NCBI RefSeq assembly: GCF_053078305.1
Contig: NZ_CP166879.1
Direction: 5' to 3' (one strand)
Length of the DNA: 64,000 nucleotides
Both the position numbers and the translations under genes were made by a program. Below the pieces are notes generated by a model, which had not been told where the DNA came from, did no database searches, and worked only from the letters and a program-made list of their open reading frames with translations. Below are positions 42,808 through 55,823 of this stretch, one piece after another; the stretch's first letter is position 1; each line of letters begins with the position of its first letter.

Positions 42808-43635
42808 TTGGAAAGCCTGTTAACCCTTCCTCTGGCTGGTGAGGCCAGAGTCAGGATTTTACAAATTACCGATACTCACCTGTTTGCACAAAAGCACGAA
42901 GCCCTCTTAGGGGTAAACACCTGGGAAAGCTACCAGGCGGTGCTGGAGGCGATTCGTCCACACCAGCACGAATTCGACCTGATTGTCGCGACAGGTGATT
43001 TAGCGCAGGATCAATCCTCTGCGGCCTATCAGCATTTCGCTGAAGGCATCGCAAGTTTTCGTGCGCCCTGCGTCTGGCTGCCGGGCAACCACGATTTCCA
43101 GCCCGCGATGTACAGCGCGTTACAGGATGCGGGTATCTCCCCGGCGAAGCGGGTGTTTATTGGTGAGCAATGGCAAATCCTGTTGCTGGATAGCCAGGTG
43201 TTTGGCGTGCCGCACGGTGAGCTAAGCGAGTTTCAGCTTGAGTGGCTGGAACGTAAACTGGCTGATGCGCCAGAGCGCCATACGTTGCTGCTGCTGCATC
43301 ATCATCCGCTACCTGCGGGTTGTAGTTGGCTTGATCAACACAGCCTGCGTAACGCGGGCGAACTGGATACCGTGCTGGCGAAGTTTCCGCACGTCAAATA
43401 CTTGCTGTGCGGTCATATTCATCAGGAGCTGGATCTCGACTGGAACGGTCGCCGCCTGCTGGCAACGCCGTCGACCTGTGTGCAGTTTAAGCCGCACTGT
43501 TCCAACTTTACGCTGGATACTATCGCGCCCGGCTGGCGTACTCTCGAGTTACATGCTGATGGCACGCTGACCACCGAGGTGCATCGCCTGGCGGACACAC
43601 GTTTCCAACCTGATACCGCTTCAGAAGGCTACTGA
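42808..43635 (+). CDS. cpdA: 3',5'-cAMP phosphodiesterase
   Basis: 275-aa metallophosphoesterase with the motifs GDLAQD and GNHD. Confidence 0.93.
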   Translation: MESLLTLPLAGEARVRILQITDTHLFAQKHEALLGVNTWESYQAVLEAIRPHQHEFDLIVATGDLAQDQSSAAYQHFAEGIASFRAPCVWLPGNHDFQPAMYSALQDAGISPAKRVFIGEQWQILLLDSQVFGVPHGELSEFQLEWLERKLADAPERHTLLLLHHHPLPAGCSWLDQHSLRNAGELDTVLAKFPHVKYLLCGHIHQELDLDWNGRRLLATPSTCVQFKPHCSNFTLDTIAPGWRTLELHADGTLTTEVHRLADTRFQPDTASEGY

Positions 43636-44216
43636 TGTCTACGCTTCTTTATTTACACGGTTTCAACAGCTCGCCGCGCTCTGCAAAAGCGAGCTTGTTA
43701 AAAAACTGGCTGGCGGAACATCACCCTGACGTTGAGATGATCATTCCGCAGTTGCCGCCGTATCCTTCCGACGCGGCAGAGCTGCTGGAATCCATTGTCC
43801 TAGAACATGGCGGCGATTCGCTGGGTATTGTCGGTTCGTCACTGGGGGGATATTACGCCACCTGGTTGTCACAATGTTTTATGCTGCCCGCAGTGGTGGT
43901 AAACCCGGCGGTGCGCCCGTTTGAACTGCTGACGGACTATCTCGGTCAGAACGAGAACCCCTACACCGGGCAGCAATATGTGCTAGAGTCACGCCATATT
44001 TACGATCTTAAAGTCATGCAGATTGACCCGCTGGAAGCGCCGGATTTGATCTGGCTGCTGCAACAGACGGGAGATGAAGTGCTGGATTACCGCCAGGCGG
44101 TGGCGTACTACGCTTCCTGCCGCCAGACTGTCATAGAAGGCGGCAACCACGCATTCACGGGCTTCGAAGATTATTTCAACCCGATCGTCGATTTTCTTGG
44201 TCTGCACCATCTCTGA
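43635..44216 (+). CDS. yqiA: Esterase YqiA (alpha/beta hydrolase)
   Basis: 193-aa [22 protein letters not shown] with a GSSLGG nucleophile elbow. Confidence 0.9.
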   Translation: MSTLLYLHGFNSSPRSAKASLLKNWLAEHHPDVEMIIPQLPPYPSDAAELLESIVLEHGGDSLGIVGSSLGGYYATWLSQCFMLPAVVVNPAVRPFELLTDYLGQNENPYTGQQYVLESRHIYDLKVMQIDPLEAPDLIWLLQQTGDEVLDYRQAVAYYASCRQTVIEGGNHAFTGFEDYFNPIVDFLGLHHL

Positions 44217-44241
44217 CGATCAACTCGAATTGCTAACTTAA

Positions 44242-46137
<1,896 letters not shown>

Positions 46138-46165
46138 TAATCCTCCCGCCAGAAGAATAAAACAT

Positions 46166-46198
46166 AGCCCGGTATACAAGTGTATACCGGGCTTTTTT
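46166..46198. terminator. Bidirectional terminator between parE and the TonB-dependent receptor gene
   Basis: agcccggtatacaagtgtataccgggcttttttg. Confidence 0.6.
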
Positions 46199-46200
46199 GA

Positions 46201-48342
46201 TCAAAATTCCATTTTCACCGTGAATTGCACTTCACGCGGATCGCCAATCTGATTCCCCAGATTATTTGTGGCGATGGAAGAGGTGTAATACGTTTTATCA
46301 AACAGGTTTTTGACGTTTAATTGCAGTGTGACCGGATACTGCAATTTCATTTTGTATGCGGCGAAGGCATCGGCAACGAAATAGCCTGGCAGATAATAGT
46401 CAGCCCCATTGGTTGCCGAACGACGGCTTACGCCATGTCCACCACCGCCAAACGTCAGTGTGTTATTGCCAGGCATGTTATGAATGTCATAGGTCAGGAA
46501 TAGCGAACCGGTATGACGAGGAACATTCGGCAATGGTTTCCCTGCATAATCAGGATCTTCCAGAACCTTAGCATCGGTATAGCCGTAGCTGGCAATGATA
46601 TTAATGTTTTCAGTTAATGCTCCCGCAAGGTCGACTTCTACCCCTCTTGAACGAACGCGGCCTGCCGTTTTGGCGATGGTTTCATCACCAATACTTTCGG
46701 TATACAACACGTTACGTTTATGGATATCAAACAGCGCAATATCTGCGGTTATACCATCGAACAGCTCGAATTTTGCCCCGACTTCGTAAGCATTAGATGA
46801 TTCCGGTGGAAGATCTCCGATGTAGCTGGCAATTGACGATTGCGGCATAAATGTTTGCGAATAATTAGCAAATAAGGATACCGATGGCGTCAGTTTGTAG
46901 ACTAACCCCAGTTTGGGCGTCCATTGTTCATCGCGGCTGTCAGTATTGACATTAAAAGGACGGCCTTTACCCGCATACTGCGTGTAATACTGATAGCGGA
47001 TCCCGGCGACGGCAATCCAGTTATCGGTCAGATAGAGCGCATCCTGTGCATAAGCTGAGTAGCTCTCCTGTTTGATCGTCTGATCACTGTCCGACGCCGA
47101 AACCGTTGTGCATTTGCTGGTATTGCCATAAACGGGGTTGTAGATATTGAAATCTTTAGCGTTTTTACAGCGAATCATATCTGTGCGCAGAAGATCATAA
47201 TATTCATATGACACCCCACCCAGAATCTCATTATAGAACCCAGCAATATCAACATTCCCTTGCAGATCCGCACGAGTAGAATGCATACGCTGGGTAGATC
47301 CCTGAGTTGCATCAACACGCCGTGTCAGCGTTCCTGTCGTTGCATCATACGCGGTAACGCGAGCCTGATTGTCGCTGTATTTATCCTGGCTGTAGCTGTA
47401 ATCAAAGCGCGCTGTCCACTGGCTATTGAGATGATATTCTGCGTTGAGTTGCGCCAGATCGGACTGACCATCTGTAATATTAAACGGTTCGTCAAAACGT
47501 ATTTTTCGATCAACGTTTACGGGCTGTTTCGTCGTAAGGTCGAAAATCGTTCCACGATCGAACGGAGTTTTATAGTCCCGATGGGAATAGAGCATGGTTA
47601 CTGTTGCATTATCACCAAACCAGGTGAGTGACGGGGCAATAAATGTACTGCGCTCTTTACCGAAGTTTCGCCAGTAATCTTCATCCTGCACTTCCCCCGT
47701 CAGGCGGTATGCCAGCTGAGTGCCTTCAATGGGACCTGTGATATCAAGTTGCCCAGTGCCTCCGCCAAAACTGGAGGACGTGGCTGAGACAGAACCATGG
47801 AATGTTTTTTCCGGGCGCTTGGTCACGACGTTAATCAATCCACCAGGATCGAGAATGCCATACAGCGTGGAGGCCGGACCTTTTAGCACTTCCACACGTT
47901 CTGTGGCGGCGTTGAAACTGCGAGGAAGTACAGTTCGCAGGCCGTTGGTCATGATGGAGCCATCCCGGTTAGCACCAAACCCACGACGTACAAAGGCGTC
48001 CTGAGTTCCGCCTAATGTATTGGTCTGTACCACGTTACTGACGTTATAAAGCGCTTCATCCAGCGTCGTTGCATTCTGATTTTCCAGAACCTGATCGCTA
48101 ACCGTATTGACCACCTGCGGGATATCCAGCATCGGCATATCGGTTAATGTCGCCGTGGAAGTGCTCAGAGGTTGATAACCATCGGTCGCCTCAGTTGCGG
48201 TATTTGCATCCGCTGTAACAGTGATTGTTTCGCCATCTTTGGTCGTTGCAGTGTCGGTTGCATGAATCATTGGTGCTGCAAAGAGCAGTGAAAAGAGCGC
48301 CCGACCTTTGATTCCTGAGAATGAAGGTGTGAACTTAGCCAT
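46201..48342 (-). CDS. TonB-dependent outer-membrane receptor (siderophore/iron-complex type), possibly FitA-like
   Basis: 713-aa ORF with a signal peptide ending HA, a TonB-box-like ETITVTA, plug and barrel domains, and a C-terminal aromatic F. It is not present at this position in K-12. Confidence 0.8.
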   Translation of the reverse strand: MAKFTPSFSGIKGRALFSLLFAAPMIHATDTATTKDGETITVTADANTATEATDGYQPLSTSTATLTDMPMLDIPQVVNTVSDQVLENQNATTLDEALYNVSNVVQTNTLGGTQDAFVRRGFGANRDGSIMTNGLRTVLPRSFNAATERVEVLKGPASTLYGILDPGGLINVVTKRPEKTFHGSVSATSSSFGGGTGQLDITGPIEGTQLAYRLTGEVQDEDYWRNFGKERSTFIAPSLTWFGDNATVTMLYSHRDYKTPFDRGTIFDLTTKQPVNVDRKIRFDEPFNITDGQSDLAQLNAEYHLNSQWTARFDYSYSQDKYSDNQARVTAYDATTGTLTRRVDATQGSTQRMHSTRADLQGNVDIAGFYNEILGGVSYEYYDLLRTDMIRCKNAKDFNIYNPVYGNTSKCTTVSASDSDQTIKQESYSAYAQDALYLTDNWIAVAGIRYQYYTQYAGKGRPFNVNTDSRDEQWTPKLGLVYKLTPSVSLFANYSQTFMPQSSIASYIGDLPPESSNAYEVGAKFELFDGITADIALFDIHKRNVLYTESIGDETIAKTAGRVRSRGVEVDLAGALTENINIIASYGYTDAKVLEDPDYAGKPLPNVPRHTGSLFLTYDIHNMPGNNTLTFGGGGHGVSRRSATNGADYYLPGYFVADAFAAYKMKLQYPVTLQLNVKNLFDKTYYTSSIATNNLGNQIGDPREVQFTVKMEF

Positions 48343-48439
48343 TTAGTCTGTTATCCCAAAAACTCACGGATTGTCGTGAGTGAAAATTGTTTCTTGTTGC
48401 TCACTAAGCACTATCCGTTTGTTATTTCACCATCGGATA

Positions 48440-48510
48440 TGTAATTGAGAATCATTCAACCATGCGGTAATGTAGTAGTAAATGAGAAATAACAAAAAAT
48501 TGCTACATGT
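48440..48510. promoter_or_regulatory. AT-rich divergent promoter region with Fur-box-like sequences
   Basis: taattgagaatcattcaa matches 11 of 13 positions of the Fur core aatgataatcatt. A second weaker copy, aatgagaaataacaaa, is also present. Confidence 0.45.
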
Positions 48511-48715
48511 GTTTTTTTGAGAGGTTAATGCAATTCAATTGATGGTAATTTATTAATATTTAATGATTTTATTTTTATCTTTAAAAATATTTCACCTGTT
48601 ATTTACCTTGTTTTTGTATGGCTTTTAACTTCTTGACTACTACATTTTGTGGCGTCAAACTCTCAAAAGAGAATGAGTTTTATTTTTGTTTGTCTTTGAT
48701 TAAGTTGGCGTACAC

Positions 48716-49525
48716 GTGGCACATAACGCAAAAGGGCAGGGGCTGATCCTCGACAATGTTTCTGCCGGGTATCACAAGAAAATCATTGTTGATGGTGTTT
48801 CTTTCTCCGTTCCCACAGAAAAAATGACCGTTCTGGTTGGGGCAAACGGCTGTGGAAAGTCGACGTTGCTCAGCACCATTGCACGTATCTTGCAACCCAT
48901 GGGCGGCTCAATATTGCTGGATGGTAAAGCGATTCACGAGCAACCAACGAAAGCGTTATCCCGTAGACTTGGGATCTTGCCGCAGTCGCCATTATTGCCG
49001 GAGGGCTTAACCGTTTATGAACTGGTGTCGCGTGGGCGTTTTCCCTGGCAAAATTTCATACGTCAATGGAGCGACGCCGACGAGCAGGCGGTAGAAGAGG
49101 CCCTGAAATTAACCGGTACGCAGGAGTTTGCTCATTTACCTGTTGAAAAACTCTCTGGTGGGCAGCGCCAGCGTTGCTGGATTGCGATGGTGTTGGCGCA
49201 AAAGACGCCTTATATCCTACTGGATGAACCCACAACCTGGCTTGATTTACGTTATCAGGTTGAAATTCTTGAGTTATTACATGATTTAACGCGTCATCAC
49301 GGGCGTACAGTCGTCGTGGTGTTGCATGATCTGAATTTTGCCGTCAATTATGGTGATACGTTGATATTTTTACGCCAGGGGAAAGTGGTGCGTGTGTTGA
49401 ATGAGGGGGAGCATTGCACGCCTGAGCTGGTAAAAGCTGTCTTTGACGTTGATGTTCACGCATCAATAAATACTCTGACGGGAAAGCCGTTCTTCATGCC
49501 GTTTCGTGGTGTAGAAAAAGTATGA
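48716..49525 (+). CDS. ABC transporter ATP-binding protein (FepC/FecE-type)
   Basis: 269 aa with Walker A GANGCGKST, the signature LSGGQRQR and Walker B ILLDEPT. An ATGA overlap joins it to the next gene. Confidence 0.85.
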   Translation: MAHNAKGQGLILDNVSAGYHKKIIVDGVSFSVPTEKMTVLVGANGCGKSTLLSTIARILQPMGGSILLDGKAIHEQPTKALSRRLGILPQSPLLPEGLTVYELVSRGRFPWQNFIRQWSDADEQAVEEALKLTGTQEFAHLPVEKLSGGQRQRCWIAMVLAQKTPYILLDEPTTWLDLRYQVEILELLHDLTRHHGRTVVVVLHDLNFAVNYGDTLIFLRQGKVVRVLNEGEHCTPELVKAVFDVDVHASINTLTGKPFFMPFRGVEKV

Positions 49526-50505
49526 TGCGCACAGGGCTGGTTACTGTAATTTTCCTCACCTTACTGCTGGTGGGATGCGTGGTATATCCAGGGATTGGTG
49601 CCCGATTTATTGCACCACAAACGGTGTTGCAGGCATTTCTTCATTTTGATCCGCAAAACTTCGATCACAGCGTAATTGTAAGACTCCGTTTGCCGCGTTT
49701 AGCGGCAGCATTGCTTACCGGTGCTTCTCTTGGTGTTGCCGGTGCTTTGTTGCAGGCTGTCATTCGTAACCCATTGGGGGAGCCACATATTTTAGGCTTA
49801 AATGCCGGAGCCGCTCTTGCTGTCGTTGCCGCCAGTGCGCTTGGACTGGCCTTTCCGGCTGGACGCCCACTGCTGGCATCTACGGGGGGCGCGTTATTGT
49901 TCCTGTTGATATTGCTGCTTTCCTCCGCAGGGCGTTCAGGGTTAACGCCAATGAAAGTTACTTTATGCGGCGTGGCGCTATCGGCGTTCGTGTCCTCAAT
50001 AACGGCTGCAATCCTGATTCTTGACGAACAAACACTGCTGGCGATGCGGACATGGCTAGCAGGTGATTTAGCGGGGCAGGATTGGGTGACGCTGGGTACG
50101 TCCGTCTGGTTTTCTCTGGGGGGATTTGTGTTAGCCATTTACCTTGCGCCCTCTCTTAACATGTTGGCACTGGGTGATCGCATGGCGCAGGGGCTGGGCG
50201 TCTCGGTACTCCGCACGCGAACATTCACCCTGCTTGCGATCGCGTTGCTCTGTGGCGCAGCCGTATCGATTGCTGGCCCCATTGGTTTTGTCGGCCTGCT
50301 AGTACCGCAGATTGTCCGGCGTCTGGTATCAGCGGATCTGCGCGTTCTGCTCCCTCTTTCAGCTTGTGTCGGCGCGCTTTTGTTATTACTGGCAGATATT
50401 ATTGCTCGGACGCTCTTCACGCCCCATGAGTTAGCGACCGGTGTCATGACGGCGTTAGTTGGTGCGCCTGTTTTTGTCATTATGGCGACGAGGATGTTCA
50501 AATGA
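49522..50505 (+). CDS. FecCD-family ABC permease
   Basis: 327-aa polytopic membrane protein, FecCD/BtuC fold. Confidence 0.8.
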   Translation: MMRTGLVTVIFLTLLLVGCVVYPGIGARFIAPQTVLQAFLHFDPQNFDHSVIVRLRLPRLAAALLTGASLGVAGALLQAVIRNPLGEPHILGLNAGAALAVVAASALGLAFPAGRPLLASTGGALLFLLILLLSSAGRSGLTPMKVTLCGVALSAFVSSITAAILILDEQTLLAMRTWLAGDLAGQDWVTLGTSVWFSLGGFVLAIYLAPSLNMLALGDRMAQGLGVSVLRTRTFTLLAIALLCGAAVSIAGPIGFVGLLVPQIVRRLVSADLRVLLPLSACVGALLLLLADIIARTLFTPHELATGVMTALVGAPVFVIMATRMFK

Positions 50506-51551
50506 GTCGGATAATGAACGTCGGGCTACGCCCACTACGTGTTGGTAAGTTTTCGACACTGGTACGCCCTAAAAATCTGGTGTTGCTTGGTGGGCTGTTT
50601 CTGTTTGCGGTTGGAATACTGATATTCGGTCTGATGCATGGTTCTTTTTCTGTCCCGGCATCGGAAGTAGGACGAGCGTTGTTTGCTCCAGAAAACGTAA
50701 GCACAGACGCACGTTATATTGTGCAGGATATTCGCTTGCCGAGAGTCATCATGGCATTGCTATGCGGAGCCATGTTAGGTATGGCGGGGGCCGCGATGCA
50801 ATCCATTGCGCGTAACGGCCTTGCCGATCCTGGTTTAATCGGCGTCAAAGAAGGATGTAGCGTGGCGGTGCTGTGGCTGATTTTCCAGTTTCCAATGCTG
50901 GGAATGTTCTGGCGTCCAGTGGCTGGTCTTGCTGGTGGCTTGTTGGTGGCTTTAATCGTGATTTTTTGTGCACGCGATATTTCCCGCCCGCGATTTGTTC
51001 TGATTGGTATTGGTGTTTCCTGGTTTTTCGCCGCCGGTATCGGTGTATTTATGACCACTGCAGATGTTCGAGATGTACAAACTGCATTGATGTGGTTATC
51101 GGGAAGCCTGCATGCAGCTAACTGGATGTTAGTCGGTATTTCAGCCTGTTGGATGTTGCCAGCCACTCTTTTATTGCTGTTCACCGCCAGGACGGCGGAT
51201 ATCGCTCTGCTTGGTCATCAGGTTGCAACCGGGTTAGGGGTGAATAGTTCTCGTCTGGCGTTGTTACGTGTCGCCGCACCAATAATCCTGACAGCCGTCT
51301 GCGTTTCGTGTGTTGGTAACATCGGTTTTGTCGGATTGATAGCACCCCATATATCACGTTTTATTCTACGTGGCGGGCAGACGACATTACTGCTGGGGAG
51401 CGCCGTATCGGGGGCGTTGTTAGTCATCCTGGCGGATAGCATTGGTCGTTTGGCTTTTTTGCCTTTGCAACTGCCTGCCGGAATCATTATTTCATTGATT
51501 GGTGGACCATTCTTTTTGCTACTGCTCTGGCAGTGCAGGAACAGTTTTTAA
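50502..51551 (+). CDS. FecCD-family ABC permease (second subunit)
   Basis: 349-aa polytopic membrane protein. It overlaps the previous gene by 4 nt. Confidence 0.8.
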   Translation: MSRIMNVGLRPLRVGKFSTLVRPKNLVLLGGLFLFAVGILIFGLMHGSFSVPASEVGRALFAPENVSTDARYIVQDIRLPRVIMALLCGAMLGMAGAAMQSIARNGLADPGLIGVKEGCSVAVLWLIFQFPMLGMFWRPVAGLAGGLLVALIVIFCARDISRPRFVLIGIGVSWFFAAGIGVFMTTADVRDVQTALMWLSGSLHAANWMLVGISACWMLPATLLLLFTARTADIALLGHQVATGLGVNSSRLALLRVAAPIILTAVCVSCVGNIGFVGLIAPHISRFILRGGQTTLLLGSAVSGALLVILADSIGRLAFLPLQLPAGIIISLIGGPFFLLLLWQCRNSF

Positions 51552-51561
51552 TGGGAGTTAT

Positions 51562-52509
51562 ATGCGTTTATTTTTTTCTCTGCTGATACTGTTGTCATTC
51601 TTTGCCCGCGCGACAGAACCTGTTCAGGTCTTTACTGATGATTTAGGGCGCAAAGTCACTGTTCCTGCTCATCCAAAGAGAATTGTCTCTTTACACGATC
51701 TTGATATCACTATTCCTCTGATTGAGCTCGGTGTACCTCCTGTCGCCAGCCACGGGCGAACTCGGCCTGACGGTAGCCATTTCATTCGATCAGGCGCGTT
51801 ATTGACAGGTGTCGACTTTGATAATTCATCGATCGCTTTTATTGGCACCGCTGATATTGATATTGAAGCGATTGTGGCGGCAAAGCCTGACCTGATTATC
51901 ACAGAACCGACCCGTAATACGCCCATTGAACAACTGGAAAAAATTGCGCCCACGGTGAGCATTGATCATCTCAAAGGAGGCGCGCCAGAAATCTACCGCA
52001 AGCTGGCAGAACTGACAGGAACGCAGTCGCAGCTGGCGATACTTGAACGCCGCTATCAGGCACAAATCAATGCGCTGAAGGCGACGCTGGACAGCCAAAA
52101 AATAACGGTATCGGTGATTCAGGCAAATCAGGGAAAAATTAATGTGATGCATAGCTATCATTCGCTGGGGCGGGTATTACGCGATGCTGGTTTTCGCTTT
52201 CCGCCGCTGATTGAGAGCATTCCTGAAGGTGGGCGAATGGATGTGAGCGCGGAGCGTTTACCTGAACTGGATGCCGATTTTGTTTTTGCAACCTGGCGCG
52301 GTGACACCGGTGGTAAACCTCAGGATGAGCTGGCAGCAATGGAAAAAGTCATGCCGGGATGGTGTCAGTTTCTGACTGCCTGTCGTTCCGGGCGTTATGT
52401 GCTGATTTCTCGTGAAGAGGCAATTTCTAACTCCTTTGCATCTCTGGGGCTGATGGCTGCGCAGATACAATCACAAATTGCGGGGCGACCTTTACCGGAG
52501 GCCAAATGA
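51562..52509 (+). CDS. Periplasmic substrate-binding protein (class III, FhuD/FecB-like)
   Basis: 315 aa from MRLFFSLLILLSFFARA (signal peptide), with an RBS GGGAG upstream. The ORF track gives a longer alternative starting at 51499. Confidence 0.75.
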   Translation: MRLFFSLLILLSFFARATEPVQVFTDDLGRKVTVPAHPKRIVSLHDLDITIPLIELGVPPVASHGRTRPDGSHFIRSGALLTGVDFDNSSIAFIGTADIDIEAIVAAKPDLIITEPTRNTPIEQLEKIAPTVSIDHLKGGAPEIYRKLAELTGTQSQLAILERRYQAQINALKATLDSQKITVSVIQANQGKINVMHSYHSLGRVLRDAGFRFPPLIESIPEGGRMDVSAERLPELDADFVFATWRGDTGGKPQDELAAMEKVMPGWCQFLTACRSGRYVLISREEAISNSFASLGLMAAQIQSQIAGRPLPEAK

Positions 52510-53393
52510 TTCAGAAAGACAAAACGCGGGTTGATATTTATGGTGAGCGTTTTCGCACTCGCGCGAGTCAGTTAACGCCTGGGTTAAGAGCTGTCGCCAG
52601 CTATATTAATGAGCATCGTGAAGTGGTACTCGAGCAAACGGCGATGGAAATTGCGGCCACGTTGAACACTTCCGATGCCACAGTTATCAGGGCTATACAG
52701 GCCCTGGGGTTTGCCGGGCTGCGTGATCTGAAACGCACTCTGGAACAGTGGCTTGGTCCAGCCCTTAGTTCCAGCGAAAAGATGTCTACGACGGTGAGTA
52801 ACTTGACGAGCGATGTTAACACCGCAATCGACTTTGTTCTTGAAGGGCATTTGTATACCTGTAATGTCCTGTCAGAGCCTGAAAACCGCCACGCGCTTGC
52901 GCAAGCGGTAGCGTTGTTGGTACAGGCACGGCAAGTCGCAATTTTTGGCATTGGCGCTTCGGGTATTCTGGCGGACTATACCGCACGACTATTCAACCGC
53001 ATAGGTTTGCCAGCCACGGCACTAAACCGTACGGGTATTGGCCTTGCCGAGCAACTGATCGCGCTTCAACGTGGCGATGTTCTGATCATGATGGCGCAAA
53101 AATCTGCGCACCGGGAAGGGCTGACAACGCTGCGTGAAGCGAGACGGCTGGGGATCCCTGTTATTTTGCTGACAAACGCGCTGGATTCACGTTTTAGCAA
53201 AGACGCCAGTATCGTGATTCATGTTCCGCGCGGGGATGAAAAGGGGAAAACGCCACTACATGGTACGGTATTGTTGTGCCTGGAAATGATTGTCTGGTCG
53301 GTGGCTTCCGCGGTGCCGCAGCGTGCGGTTAAAACCATTAAGCGAATTAACGATTTCCATCGGGGGCTGAAAACGGGAAGAAAGAATGGCTAA
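52506..53393 (+). CDS. RpiR-family transcriptional regulator (HTH_6 plus SIS domain)
   Basis: 295-aa ORF with an N-terminal HTH and a C-terminal SIS (sugar isomerase) domain motif GIGASG. Its start overlaps the stop of the binding-protein gene. Confidence 0.75.
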   Translation: MIQKDKTRVDIYGERFRTRASQLTPGLRAVASYINEHREVVLEQTAMEIAATLNTSDATVIRAIQALGFAGLRDLKRTLEQWLGPALSSSEKMSTTVSNLTSDVNTAIDFVLEGHLYTCNVLSEPENRHALAQAVALLVQARQVAIFGIGASGILADYTARLFNRIGLPATALNRTGIGLAEQLIALQRGDVLIMMAQKSAHREGLTTLREARRLGIPVILLTNALDSRFSKDASIVIHVPRGDEKGKTPLHGTVLLCLEMIVWSVASAVPQRAVKTIKRINDFHRGLKTGRKNG

Positions 53394-53437
53394 TCTGACC
53401 TGAGGCCGGTAGCAACACCGGCCTCTTTTCAGGAATG

Positions 53438-53752
53438 TTAAATCCCCGGTTGCAGAATACGGATATTCATCTCCAGCACGTCGCCTTTTACGGCTTCGCT
53501 GTACGCCTTCATGTGCGGGGTTTGCAGATGCGCTTCAAGGTGCGCGATGCTTTCCCACTGCTCAATCATCACGATAGAGTCCGGTGCCATAGACTGGAAA
53601 CTCACGCCAGCAGCGCAATCCACCATTGGCGCATAGCCGTGGCAACCTTCTTCTTTCAGTACGGTTGGAACGATTTTAGCAAACTGATCCAATACCGCCT
53701 GACGGTGATGTTGACCAGGACGAGTACGGATTTCTGCGATTACGGTAAGCAT
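53438..53752 (-). CDS. ygiN: Quinol monooxygenase YgiN
   Basis: 104-aa ORF MLTVIAEIRTRPGQHHRQAVLDQF..., ABM domain. Confidence 0.9.
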   Translation of the reverse strand: MLTVIAEIRTRPGQHHRQAVLDQFAKIVPTVLKEEGCHGYAPMVDCAAGVSFQSMAPDSIVMIEQWESIAHLEAHLQTPHMKAYSEAVKGDVLEMNIRILQPGI

Positions 53753-53782
53753 GGTTAACTCCTTCTAAAGCCTGAGCTCTAG

Positions 53783-54364
53783 TTAACCAAAAATTTCCAC
53801 AAGATGCTTGCGATATTCTTCAGTATAGCGGGGAACATCAGGCATTTTTATCACGTCATTAGCGATAAATGTCGGCAGCGGTTCCATGCCAAGGAATTGG
53901 TTTGCTTTATGGAACGGCAGATACACACCGTCGACGCCAACGCCGTGGAAGAATTGATCTTTTTCGGTGAAGGCTTCCATTGGTGCGTTCCAGGTCAGAG
54001 AAAGCATATATTTTTTGCCCTGTACCAGGCCGCCGGAACCGTATTTTTTCGACGGATCTTTGCGGGTACGACCATCGCTGGCATACAGCGTCCCGTGACC
54101 TTCGGTGAATACATCATCAATGTATTTTTTCACTGTCCACGGCGCGCCCATCCACCAGCCTGGCATCTGCCAGATCACCACATCAGCCCAGAGAAAGTTT
54201 TGTACTTCCGCTTTGACATCGTAGTCGCTGTCGGCGCGAACGATGCGAACATCATGCCCGAGGTCGCGCAGTGTGCCATCCGCGACTTCGGTCAGGGTGT
54301 CGTTCAGTTGACCATTGGAGTGGGCGAATTTTTTCGCGCCGTTGATAATCAGGATGTTGCTCAT
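53783..54364 (-). CDS. mdaB: NADPH:quinone oxidoreductase MdaB
   Basis: 193-aa ORF MSNILIINGAKKFAHSNGQLN, flavodoxin-like. Confidence 0.93.
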   Translation of the reverse strand: MSNILIINGAKKFAHSNGQLNDTLTEVADGTLRDLGHDVRIVRADSDYDVKAEVQNFLWADVVIWQMPGWWMGAPWTVKKYIDDVFTEGHGTLYASDGRTRKDPSKKYGSGGLVQGKKYMLSLTWNAPMEAFTEKDQFFHGVGVDGVYLPFHKANQFLGMEPLPTFIANDVIKMPDVPRYTEEYRKHLVEIFG

Positions 54365-54473
54365 TTTTTAACCTCAAGGTGAGACGTTTGCCGACTATAG
54401 TACGTCACAGAGCGGTACGGTGAAATTAGCAAAATGTGCAAAGTCTTTTGCGAATTTAGCAAAAGTCTTACCC

Positions 54474-55823
54474 TTACCAGCTTACCTTCGCCTCAAATCC
54501 ACCTTGTTCCGCATTCCCAAACTCAACATTCATGCCATGCAGCTTGGCGATTCGCTGGACAATCGATAGCCCAAGTCCACTGCCGGTAGCGGTTTGTCCG
54601 GGTGGGCGATAGAAGCGTTCGCCAATTCGCGCTAGTGCCTCTGGCGTCACACCGGGGCCGTTATCCCTCACGATGAAATTATCGGCATTCAGCGTGACGT
54701 CTACCACGCTGCCCTGTGGACTGTAGCGCACGGCGTTATCCAGCAAATTTCGCACCAACAAACTTAGCAATAGCGGTTGCCCGGTGCGTTTGATGCTGTG
54801 GGCATTGAGTGTCAGTCGCACGTCAATTTTCGCCTGCTGCGCCGTGTGGTAAATATCCATCACCGACGATTGCAGGAGATCTTCAAGCGGGATCTCCGCG
54901 ACGTCCTGAAGGTTATCCAGTGAGTCCAGCCGCGATAGCGTGAGCAGTTGATCAACCAGACGAGTAGCGCGATCGATCCCGTAATGTAATTGAAGCAGTG
55001 CTTTTTTCCGCGCCTGCGGATCATCGTCAGAGAGCTGCGCAACTTCGGTTTGCACTTTCAGCGCCGTTAACGGGCTACGAAGTTCGTGAGCTGCGTCGGA
55101 GGTAAAGCGTCGTTCACGAACCATCATCGCATGTGTGCGGGCGAACAGTTGATTTAGCGACTCAACCAGTGGTCGCACTTCGCTGGGTACGCCAGTCGCG
55201 TTTAGTGGTTTTTCCGAGTCAGGGTCACGCATACGTAGTGCCAGCGCCAGTTTGTTCAGCGGCGCGAGTTCACGACCCAGTAGTACCATCATGATGATTA
55301 ACATAATCGGCAGTGCGACCAACCACGGGATCAATTGCCCGGCAACAATCGCCAGCGCCATGTCTTCACGGTATTCCCATTCCTGACCAACAACGATGCG
55401 ATATTTGCCATCAGGTGAGGTCATCCAGACAAAACGCCATTGATCTTTATCGCCCACCAGTTGCCCGTCAGCAAAACCTTCCCGTTGATAGCTATAGGGA
55501 ATATCTTCTCCGTTATCGCCATCGTTAAGGACCATTCTGCCGTCGTGGGTAAAGATGGCAAAGGTCAGCGCATCGTCATCAACATGACCGTGTTTTAATT
55601 TATTTGGCGTCTGTGCCATGCGATCCGCCGCGTTGATTTCGTTGAGATCGAGCGTACTTAACCGCTTGGCAAACAGCATCAGTTGGGTGTCGAACAACTC
55701 ATCGACGTTATCCGTTGTTTGTTTCCAGGCGACAAAGCTGGAAAGCAGCCAGGTCACCGAGGCCAGAATTAAAAAGATTAGCGTCAGCCTGACGCGCAGA
55801 CTAAGACGTTGGGTAAATTTCAT
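54474..55823 (-). CDS. qseC: Quorum-sensing sensor histidine kinase QseC
   Basis: 449-aa ORF with two transmembrane segments, an H-box HELRSPL and a HATPase domain. Confidence 0.93.
   Translation of the reverse strand: MKFTQRLSLRVRLTLIFLILASVTWLLSSFVAWKQTTDNVDELFDTQLMLFAKRLSTLDLNEINAADRMAQTPNKLKHGHVDDDALTFAIFTHDGRMVLNDGDNGEDIPYSYQREGFADGQLVGDKDQWRFVWMTSPDGKYRIVVGQEWEYREDMALAIVAGQLIPWLVALPIMLIIMMVLLGRELAPLNKLALALRMRDPDSEKPLNATGVPSEVRPLVESLNQLFARTHAMMVRERRFTSDAAHELRSPLTALKVQTEVAQLSDDDPQARKKALLQLHYGIDRATRLVDQLLTLSRLDSLDNLQDVAEIPLEDLLQSSVMDIYHTAQQAKIDVRLTLNAHSIKRTGQPLLLSLLVRNLLDNAVRYSPQGSVVDVTLNADNFIVRDNGPGVTPEALARIGERFYRPPGQTATGSGLGLSIVQRIAKLHGMNVEFGNAEQGGFEAKVSW

Noticed and set aside
49665-51184. 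Minus-strand ORFs antisense to the two FecCD permease genes (49665-50138, 50139-50501, 50714-51184)
   Set aside because: High-GC membrane-protein genes commonly produce long antisense ORFs. The plus-strand genes have coupled starts and recognisable ABC permease features.
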